Below are positions 33,586-43,600 of a DNA stretch of 64,000 bases, one piece after another. Position 1 is the first letter of the stretch, and every line of letters begins with the position of its first letter. Under the pieces are notes generated by a model. That model was not told the DNA's origin, did not search any database, and saw only the letters and a list, made by a program, of their open reading frames with translations. The stretch comes from Zootoca vivipara. Its lineage: Eukaryota. Location: contig NC_083291.1 of assembly GCF_963506605.1 (NCBI RefSeq), positions 24,428,001-24,492,000 of the forward strand. The letters run 5' to 3'. Made by a program: the position numbers and the translations under genes.

Positions 33586-36500
33586 CCGTGTTTCTCATAT
33601 TTTAAGGCATCCCCAAAAAATAAGCCATGACAGGATTTCTAAGGGTTGGTGAAAAATAAGACATACCCCGAAAATAAGCCATGTCGTGTAGCCCCGACCG
33701 AGCGAGAGGCGAAGGCGCGGGACCCAGCAGGAGCTCCCTGCCTGCTTCCCCGAGCCGTCGCGCATCGGGGGACAGAGCCGAAGATCGGAGGGCGCTCCTT
33801 GCTGGGCTTGACAAGCCCGGCAAACAGCGCCCGCCGATCTTCGGACCTGTGCTGTGTGACAGGCAGGGGTGGGGGGAAGCGGAGATCGTTCTCCGCTCTC
33901 CCCCCACCCCCGCCTGTCACCAAAGATCGGCGGGCGCTCCTTGCTGGGCTTGACAAGCCCGGCAAACAGCGCCCGCCGATCTTCGGACCTGTCCTGTGTG
34001 ACAGGCGGGGGTGGGGGGGGAAGCGGAGATCGTTCTCCGCTCTCCCCCCACCCCCGCCTGTCACCAAAGATCGGCGGGCGCTGTTTGCTGGGCTTGACAA
34101 GCCCGGCAAACAGCGCCCGCCGATCTTCGGACCTGTCCTGTGTGACAGGCGGGGGTGGGGGGGAAGCGGAGATCGTTCTCCGCTCTCCCCCCACCCCCGC
34201 CTGTCACCAAAGATCGGCGGGCACTGTTTGCTGGGCTTGACAAGCCCGGCAAACAGCGCCCGCCGATCTTCGGACCTGTCCTGTGTGACAGGTGGGGGTG
34301 GGGGGGGGAAGCGGAGATCGTTCTCTGCTCTCCGCCCACCCCCGCCTGTCACCGAAGATCGGCGGGCGCTCCTAGCTGGGCTTGACAAGCCCGGCAAACA
34401 GCGCCCGCCGATCTTCGGCCCTGTGCTGTGTGACAGGCGGGGGTGGGCGAGAAGCGGAGATCGTTCTCCGCTCTCCCCCCACCCCCGCCTGTCACCAAAG
34501 ATCGGCGGGCGCTCCTTGCTGGGCTTGACAAGCCCGGCAAACAGCGCCCGCCGACCTGTGCTGTGTGACAGGCGGGGGTGGGGGAGAAGCGGAGATCGTT
34601 CTCCGCTCTCCGCCCACCCCCGCCTGTCACCAAAGATCGGCGGGCGCTCCTTGCTGGGCTTGACAAGCCCGGCAAACAGCACCCGCCGACCTGTGCTGTG
34701 TGACAGGCGGGGGTGGGGGAGAAGCGGAGATCGTTCTCCGCTCTCCCCCCACCCCCGCCTGTCACCAAAGATCGGCGGGCACTGTTTGCTGGGCTTGACA
34801 AGCCCGGCAAACAGCGCCCGCCGATCTTCGGACCTGTCCTGTGTGACAGGTGGGGGTGGGGGGGGAAGCGGAGATCGTTCTCTGCTCTCCGCCCACCCCC
34901 GCCTGTCACCGAAGATCGGCGGGCGCTCCTAGCTGGGCTTGACAAGCCCGGCAAACAGCGCCCGCCGATCTTCGGCCCTGTGCTGTGTGACAGGCGGGGG
35001 TGGGCGAGAAGCGGAGATCGTTCTCCGCTCTCCCCCCACCCCCGCCTGTCACCAAAGATCGGCGGGCGCTCCTTGCTGGGCTTGACAAGCCCGGCAAACA
35101 GCGCCCGCCGACCTGTGCTGTGTGACAGGCGGGGGTGGGGGAGAAGCGGAGATCGTTCTCCGCTCTCCGCCCACCCCCGCCTGTCACCAAAGATCGGCGG
35201 GCGCTCCTTGCTGGGCTTGACAAGCCCGGCAAACAGCACCCGCCGACCTGTGCTGTGTGACAGGCGGGGGTGGGGGGGGAAGCGGAGATCGTTCTCTGCT
35301 CTCCGCCCACCCCCGCCTGTCACCGAAGATCGGCGGGCGCTCCTAGCTGGGCTTGACAAGCCCGGCAAACAGCGCCCGCCGATCTTCGGCCCTGTGCTGT
35401 GTGACAGGCGGGGGTGGGCGAGAAGCGGAGATCGTTCTCCGCTCTCCCCCCACCCCCGCCTGTCACCAAAGATCGGCGGGCGCTCCTTGCTGGGCTTGAC
35501 AAGCCCGGCAAACAGCGCCCGCCGATCTTCGGACCTGTCCTGTGTGACAGGCGGGGGTGGGGGGGAAGCGGAGATCGTGCTCCGCTCTCCCCCCACCCCC
35601 GCCTGTCACCAAAGATCGGCGGGCGCTCCTTGCTGGGCTTGACAAGCCCGGCAAACAGCGCCCGCCGATCTTCGGACCTGTCCTGTGTGACAGGCGGGGG
35701 TGGGGGGGGAAGCGGAGATCGTTCTCCGCTCTCCCCCCACCCCCGCCTGTCACCAAAGATCGGCGGGCGCTCCTTGCTGGGCTTGACAAGCCCGGCAAAC
35801 AGCGCCCGCCGATCTTCGGACCTGTCCTGTGTGACAGGCGGGGGTGGGGGGGAAGCGGAGATCGTTCTCCGCTCTCCCCCCACCCCCGCCTGTCACCAAA
35901 GATCGGCGGGCGCTCCTAGCTGGGCTTGACAAGCCCGGCAAACAGCGCCCGCCGACCTGTGCTGTGTGACAGGCGGGGGTGGGGGGGAAGCGGAGATCGT
36001 TCTCCGCTCTCCGCCCACCCCCGCCTGTCACCGAAGATCGGCGGGCGCTGTTTGCTGGGCTTGACAAGCCCGGCAAACAGCGCCTGCCGATCTTCGGACC
36101 TGTCCTGTGTGACAGGCGGGGGTGGGGGGGAAGCGGAGATCGTTCTCCGCTCTCCCCCCACCCCCGCCTGTCACCAAAGATCGGCGGGCGCTCCTTGCTG
36201 GGCTTGACAAGCCCGGCAAACAGCGCCCGCCGATCTTCGGACCTGTCCTGTGTGACAGGGGGGGTGGGGGGGAAGCGGAGATCGTGCTCCGCTCTCCCCC
36301 CACCCCCGCCTGTCACCAAAGATCGGCGGGCGCTGTTTGCTGGGCTTGACAAGCCCGGCAAACAGCGCCCGCCGATCTTCGGCCCTGTGCTGTGTGACAG
36401 GCGGGGGTGGGGGAGAAGCGGAGATCGTTCTCCGCTCTCCCCCCATCCCCGCCTGTCACCGAAGATCGGCGGGCGCTCCTTGCTGGGCTTGACAAGCCCG

Positions 36501-36619
36501 GCAAACAGCGCCCGCGTGCACTTTATTAAAAAATAAGACATCCCTCAAAAATAAGCCATGTCGTGTTTTTTTGAAGAAAAAATTAATATAAGACATGACT
36601 TATAATATGAGAAACACGG
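33586..36619. mobile_element. TA-flanked MITE (CCGTGTTTCTCATAT ends; pogo/Tigger-like) carrying a satellite
   Basis: TA|CCGTGTTTCTCATATT...AATATGAGAAACACGG|TA, subterminal AAAATAAGCC/AAAATAAGAC motifs. Same ends as the 235-bp copy at 49478. Confidence 0.92.
33778..36514. repeat. GC-rich tandem repeat, ~143-bp unit (135-bp variant), about 19-20 copies
   Basis: GGGCTTGACAAGCCC recurs 20 times from 33804 to about 36485 at 135-145 bp spacing. Each unit is made of two hairpins. Confidence 0.97.
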
Positions 36620-37129
36620 TATTTAATCAGTTGCCTAATCAGATTGGTAGGATGTTCTGGTGTTTTGAAGGGACAATGGGCGTGAGGCAGGTTTTGGGGG
36701 GCTAAACAGAGCTGGGGGTTTGCTCTCTTGAATTCTGGATTTATCACTCTAAGCAGCTCTCATTGTCGCACTGTCAAGGTCTCTCTTTCTCTCTCCCCCT
36801 CCCCCTCCTTTCATATTTATTGTAAAGACTGATAATTACCCGTGTTATTAACCTTTTTTAAAAATCGGTTTTTGAGACTTAAGGCAGGGTTTAGTGCTTC
36901 CTCCGCTTAGATTTCAACCCTCGCCTCGTAAGGCAAAACGTTCATGTACTCTGGTTCTATGTTTCCCGTCAGCCGCCTCCTGCCTGCTCAGAAAACAGGC
37001 CACGAAGGAAGCAACCCTCGTTGTTCGTCTTCCAGCAGCTGTTAACTCAAAGCTACTGTATACTGCTGTCGACGTGGAGGCTCCATCTGGAAGAAGGGGA
37101 ACTACTGTACTTGCAGCCCAAGCAGAAGG

Positions 37130-38100
37130 TGGGCCTAGCAGGGAACGGGTGGGAGGAAGCGGCAGCTACAAATTGAAACTAAAAAGCGGCCTCGGCTCCG
37201 CCTCCCTTAAAGGAAAGAGCCGATACAGGAAGGGCTGTTCTGTAACCACGTGCGCAGGCGCCACAAAAAAAGCCAAAAACAACAAACCGTTTCTTTTTTA
37301 ACATACAGCGCGTGCGTGTCGGTGCTGCCTGCGTCATCGCGTTGACGTAAAGCAGACCTACCCTGTGTGGTGGTCTCCGCGTAACTGAGCTAAAACAAAG
37401 GAAGACGCGGGCGGGCGGAGGGGAGGGGGAGAAAAAAAAGGAGGCGGAGCCCGAGGGCTCGCGGGCGGGCTGGGGAGCTTGGCAACCGCGATTGGTAAGC
37501 CGGGAAGTCAATTCAGGTTACGTCACTATCCCTGCTGGCCGAATGGTAGGTGGAGGGGGTCCAAAGAGAGGGGGCGGGGCTGTAGCATCATGGAGAGCGG
37601 CGGAGGTGGCGGCGGCGGCGGGCTTGGCGGATGCTGGCGGCAGCCGTGGGAGGGGACGGCTCCGGGAGTGGTGGCGGCGGCGCCGCGGCCGGGCGCTCGT
37701 TGAGCGGCGCGGCGCGGTCGGGTCCTCCCTGCTTGTGATGGGCGGATGGAGTCGCGCTGATTATCCCGGAAGCCATTGCAGGGGGAGGAGGAGGAGGTGG
37801 TGCTGGTGTGGAGAGCCCGGGCCTGCTGCTGCTGCTGCTGCCAGCGGTGGCCGCCGTCCCCAGACCGGAGGAGTTTCCTGCTGCCTCCGCTCAGGTACCT
37901 GTGCCTGTGTGGGGAGAGCGAGAAATCTGGGATCGGTTTATCTCTCTCCCCTCCCGCTCCCAGTTCGGCTCCATTCCATCAGGCTCTGCCATTCCTGGCT
38001 TACAGATAACGGGTTTTCTCTCAAAAAACCCGGGGAGGGATGATACACTCTTTTCGGAAACCAACCCGGCCGGGGGGAGCTGTCTGCAAGACGCTGCTAA
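37130..38100 (+). promoter_or_regulatory. RNF38: CpG-island promoter of RNF38
   Basis: High GC and CpG. E-box CACGTG 37247, NRF1-like TGCGCAGGCGC 37251, CRE-like TGCGTCA 37330, TGACGTAA 37343, TTACGTCA 37518, reverse CCAAT near 37491, GC box near 37571. Confidence 0.8.
37530..37894 (+). other. RNF38: Probable first exon of RNF38 (start approximate), with several uORFs
   Basis: GC-rich leader ending in donor CAG|GTACCT at 37894/37895. ATGs at 37543, 37590, 37631, 37738 and 37746, none reaching the RNF38 coding exons in frame without a stop. Confidence 0.65.
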
Positions 38101-38774
38101 CCTCTGAGGGGTTTTCCCGCCCCATGGACGGATGGGCGGTTGACACGTCTCCAGTTTGTCCCGATAGGTAAATTAGCAAAAGGAAGGAACAGCAAAAAAA
38201 CAAAAAAAAACTATGAATAAAGGGCAGCAGGACCCACTGAAAGCAGTGGCCCCAAATGGCTGTCGGGAGGGGTGTGTGCTTGCTTTGATTCCCCACCAAC
38301 ACTTTCCCGAGTGGAAAACGAGTCTTGTCCCTTGTGTCTCCTACCCAACTATAAACAACCCTCTATTGTGCATTGTTATGTGTTTGCAGAGGGCATGTTG
38401 ATTTTTTAATGAAAAACCCTATTTGCCTTTATTTTAATTTATATATTATTTAAAATGCAAATGAGCACAGTGTTTTATAGGGTAATTTAATCAGCACACC
38501 TCCTTCCTTGCCCTATGGAGCAGGGGAGGAGGAGACAAGGAAAACTGCACAGTTGTGCTCACCTTTTTAGTTGTAGGTGACTTCTGAGGGAGAAGTGAAT
38601 GGGTTCTAAGTGCTTAGAAGTTAACCCAGCCATCTTTCTTTTTTTGGAACAGATTTCCTATAAATTGACCAAATACAGATAATCGTCTTACTAAAAGTGT
38701 TTGTACAAAGGAGCATGGCAAACTAAGCCACAGTGGCCACATATGGGGTAGTGTAGTAAATCATTAGAATCAGT

Positions 38775-38980
38775 TACATGTGTGTTACAGCTGTGTTGGC
38801 CTGGTGTAGTCGAAACAAAATTTTAAAAAATCCTTCCAGTAGCACCTTAAAGACCAACTAAATTTGTCATTGGTATGAGCTTTCGTGTGCATGCACGCTT
38901 CTTCACACGAAAGCTCATACCAATGACAAACTTACCGTAGTTGGTCTCTAAGGTGCTACTGCAAAGAATTTTTTATTTTG
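38775..38980. mobile_element. Palindromic Penelope-like insertion
   Basis: Head-to-head inverted arms (CCAGTAGCACCTTA.AGACCAAC / GTTGGTCTCTAAGGTGCTACTG). Flanked by the 12-bp direct repeat ATTAGAATCAGT (38763 / 38981). Confidence 0.65.
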
Positions 38981-39511
38981 ATTAGAATCAGTATTTGCTA
39001 GTGCTGAATGATACTTATATAGTTTTGAAACATTTTTCCTAGTATTGTGTCACAAGAGATTTTGTTAGTGCTGTAAGGATATCCTTTTAGAGAAATGAGT
39101 TTATTCTAATTACTGTTATAGCCCCCATTCTTTACTCCACCTCCCTAAAGTTGTTGCTGCTATTTTCAAGTGCTTTGAGAATAAACACGTAAAGAATTAA
39201 GTGTGGCGAGATGGTTTTTTTAGTAGCAGTTTTAGTCCAGGTACAAAAAGCATTTATATGTTGTTCTTCTGAAATAGGTGGAGTGGACAGAGAAAACATT
39301 GGAAGGGAGAGGAAAAAGTATTCAGTGAAGAATGAAAAGAAAGGTTGGTGTGACAGCAGTGTAAGGAATTGTATGACAGTGTCTACATGGATTATTGAAA
39401 AGCTATACAATTTCTTTAATTGTATACTTAGCAGTTTTCCTGAAGACACATTGCATACTTGTGTAAAATTAGTCCACTTTGTTTCCATAGTTGTGCATGA
39501 TTAGTGTAGAT

Positions 39512-39649
39512 CAGTGTTTCTCAACCAGTGTGCCTCCAGATGTTTTGGGACTACAACTCCCATCATCCCTAGCTAGCAAGACCAGTGGTCAGGAATGATG
39601 GGAGTTGTAGTCCCAAAACATCTGGAGGGACACTGGTTGAGAAACACTG
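39512..39649. mobile_element. Palindromic hAT-type MITE
   Basis: CAGTGTTTCTCAACC...GGTTGAGAAACACTG. Perfect 8-bp TSD GTGTAGAT. Same interior as 3221-3356. Confidence 0.92.
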
Positions 39650-39959
39650 GTGTAGATAGTACTTGTAGGGCAGATCTGGGGGTTTACATTTTGGTAAACA
39701 GTAGTGTTTGCCATTATTTCAAGAATGGTGTCAATGTGAGTTGTGCAGTTTCTCTTACATCGTATGGTTAAAAAATATTTTTTCTCTGAACCACTCAGCC
39801 TTTATCTTTTCTGCTAGCATTACTGCTCTGTCATTCCTTAAGTCTTATTGGTTATTGCATATGTTAACTTTTTCTTGTGTAGACAATATTTCTTGTGTAG
39901 GTAAATGTGTGGAACTGTACATACACATGAAGCAACAAACAGCTTTTGTTGGTTACCTT

Positions 39960-40680
39960 TGTTGGGAGAGAGGCAGGGGGACTATGGCCCTGTTAATTCT
40001 CCTTGATATCTCAGTTGCTTTCAGTACTTTTGAGTATGGCATTCTTCTGGAGTGGTGGTCCAAATTCAAAGTGGTGGGCGGCACCACTTTTTGTTGTCCC
40101 AGTTCTGCTTGGATGGTCATTCTTCAAAAGTGGTGCTTGGGGAATATTTTCTGGCCCCATGGAGCCTTCAGTGTGGGGTTCTGCAGCGTTTGATTTTACT
40201 CCTATGCTGTTCAACATCTACATGAAACTGCTGAGTGAGGATCATCTGGACTTTTGAGAGTGTATTGTCAGCAATGTGCTGATGACACACAACTCTCCCT
40301 TTTCTTTTGCGTGCGCAGGTGTGGCAGTGGATGTGCTAGGTTGATACCTTGCCTCAGTAAGGGACGGGATGAGAGCCAATAATCTGAAGCTTAATCCGGG
40401 CACAACTGAGGCACTGTGTTAGTTCCCTAGACTGGGTGGGTGGGGTGTGGCATGCTCTGGATGACATTTCGTTCTCCCTGAAGGAGGAGCAGGTACCTAG
40501 CTTGGAGGTACTTGTGGATCAATTACTGTCACTTGTGACTGAAGTGCTTACAGTGATGTGGAATGCCTTCCATAAGCTTTGTCTGGTGGTCCAGGTGAAC
40601 CATCATCTGGACAGGGACTGCCTAACTTCTGTTGTCTACACTCTGGTAACTTCAAGTTTAGACTATTGCAATGTGTTACA
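39960..40680 (+). mobile_element. Degenerate L2-like LINE reverse transcriptase fragment
   Basis: Frameshifted motifs LILLD.S.AF, PMLFNIYM, ADDTQL, LVTSSLDYCN. Confidence 0.75.
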
Positions 40681-43600
40681 TATATACACTAAGTCTATAC
40701 CTTTATAAATATTTTACTTTTTACCTATACACTAGCTCACTCTTTGAAGTATATTGTGGCCCATTGTGAGAAAAATTGATGCTTTTCTGTTCTATATGCA
40801 TTGTTTTATTGTTTAAAATGCATACATGCAAGTCCTTGCACCTGGAAAGAAATTCTAGTTGAGTACTTTTAGAATAGTAGAAATAAAAGTGTACACTAAA
40901 TATGTGTACATAAATATATATTTGTGAGGAAGAGGGGTTATTTGAGGCATAATATCTTTAGATATCCAGAACTCTCTTTAAAAGCTTATGAACTGCTGAA
41001 CCTATTTTTAAAAAAAAGCATGTGTGGTATCCAGTGGTTCACCGTCCCCTCTGCAGTCTTCCCATCCCATCCCCCTCTGTCTGGAGCCTCATGCAAGACA
41101 TACCTGTGCAAATTTGGCCAATCCCCCACACAGACTTCATGACAGAGCCCATTCTGTTCAGATGAGTCCTCAGAGAAGGAGGGGAGAGAAACATTGGTTC
41201 TGTGAGGAGTCTTCCATTCACACAATTGTTGGATACAACCCCATGTAATTAAGAACATGTTGGGATTTTAATTAAAACTTTTTTTTCCTGTACTTGGGAA
41301 TGTATAACCACGTCCAACAAATATTTTTGTTCATTCATTTTTTTAACTACCACTACTTGTTCGGGGTTTCTTCATCTGTGAAAAACTTAATTCAAAAAAA
41401 CCTGGCACCCATGTCAGGTCCGTGCAGTTCACATATATCCTGCTAACTGCCTGTCCTATATACACCTGGAGACCTGGAAACTACCGGTAGCTATTTGAAG
41501 AGTTTAACTCCTATTGTATTTATCCAATATTATAACAGAACAAAAGGCTGTATTCAGTGAAGTCCTGTGAGTGTAAGAACTTCCTCTCTCATTTCTTTGT
41601 GTGGCCTTGCACATACCGTAAAATCTGTTCTGGGGTTCCCCAACCCTCCAGAGCAGGGTTGTTGTTTTTTGGAGGGCACACAAGGAGATGAAGAGGAAGT
41701 ACAGTACTGTTACGCAGGTACTGTGTTGGATGCAGTATATTTTTTAGTCAATTTGAGTTGTACAGATTAACGGATTACAGTAAATTATTGGAGGGACGTT
41801 TTCTTGCACTGTTCTTGCATTTGAAAACAAAAACTGTATCGCCTCAAATATTTTTATTTTCTCACACTTCCGACTCACAACTTTTCCATAAACAAGTAAA
41901 ATACATTAGATATGCCAGAATGATACATATCTGGAGATTGGTTGAGTAACACATAACCTTTAAGCTATGAAAGACCTCCTAGGTGGCCAACTTTAATAGC
42001 ATTTAGACAAGCCCCAGCCAGAGGAAAACATAAAATTGAATGTGTAAATTAGAGTGATCATATCATTCTGTTGCTGAAGCTTAAGACATCTTGCCAGAAA
42101 GATCTAACCAATGATCAATACCATAATATGTGAGCTTTTCTAGTGCCATATCTCCTGTATTTCTAAGATGAAATCACTTTAGGGAAGAAACTGACTGGTG
42201 CCTAATGTGTTTTGTAGCAGCCTTAATCTGATATCTAAAGTTGACAGTTTATTTAAAGTTTGATTTAAAAATAAATAAATAGATCAAAAATATTTAAATT
42301 GCTTAGAAAAATCAATTTTCTAGTGATTTGCCATTTTCTTAACAAGGTTGTTATAAGTACTGGTTTGCAGCTAAATCGAGTTCCAAAAACAACGAAGTAT
42401 AATCCAAAATCTTTTGAACATATAGTCCATGTACCTTTGAAGAATTACCTTATTTGAGACATTTTGAAGTCATACAAGGACACTACACAAGATCCCTTAC
42501 TGTAATATTTCAAATAGGATTGCCACGTAAGGAGGATCTAAGACAGCACGAGCATCTGGACCAAAAATAATTCTTAAGCAAATGCCACAGCTGCGTATAT
42601 TGTCACAAGTATTCTGGCTCTAAGGATTGCTGTTGATGATAAAGTTGGAAAAATGTCTTTGTGGCCCACTAAATTGCAGCATATGACCAAGGTGGATAGG
42701 AAATCTGAATTAGACCAATTGGGGGAAAACATATATGGAACAATTGCTTGTTTATGTTACTGATTTAGAAGTATTTAATGATGAAATGTTTGGGCTACAT
42801 GGGGCTGCCTTTTTTAAAAAAATATTTTTATTGAAGGTTTTCTCAGTTTACAAAGACGTGTACAATGTCTCTCATAACATTTTTACAGATCAGTTTCAAT
42901 TGTTGAGACATTGGGGAGGAAAAGGGGGGAGAATGGGGCTGCCTTTTTAAAGGTAGTCTGGAAACTGTTTGGTTCCAACGTACAATCACCAGTTGCTAGT
43001 AGGGGCAAGGAGCTTTGATGTATGTTATACAAATTCTGCATCAATTACATTGGTTGCCAATATGTTTCCAAAATTAATTTTAAATTGCTTATGCTACCCT
43101 TTTAAAGTCCCCAAAGGCCTAGAAACAGTGTACAAAGGACCAACTGCACACACATGAACCTACCCAGACTGAGCTTCAGAGGCCCTGCTGTCTGTTCCAT
43201 TGCTAGTGAAGGTTAGGTTGGCAAGTGAAAGAGACACAACCTTTTAATTGGTGACTGCGCTATGAAAGTCTTTTCCCCAGGTGCTCCATCAAGCTCTCTT
43301 CCACTCTTTAGGTACATGCTTATATTCCAAAACACCACTATGGGGTGCTTTTATGTTGATTTTATACCTAATCCTGTTGTTTTTAAATTTTGTGTTTATA
43401 TGTTTGAAATATTAATTGTTCTTTCTTTAACAAATAACTGATGATAAAATTGCTGCTTTGGAAACATACAAAAAGGTTGTAAAGCCTGCAAATTATTTAA
43501 TGTGTGTCTCTCATATGTGGTCTAAATTGCAAAATATTCTGTTTGGACATATGGTGTGCAAAAAAAGGATGTCCTGAGCCTGCACTAATACACCATTCTG

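Noticed and set aside
33778-36514. CRISPR-like appearance (palindromic repeats at regular spacing)
   Set aside because: The intervening sequences are themselves repeated rather than unique spacers, there are no cas genes, and the context is vertebrate.
33595-36541. Many long overlapping ORFs (up to 428 aa) on both strands
   Set aside because: They are translations of a stop-poor, GC-rich palindromic tandem repeat, with frameshifts at G-runs and no protein motifs.
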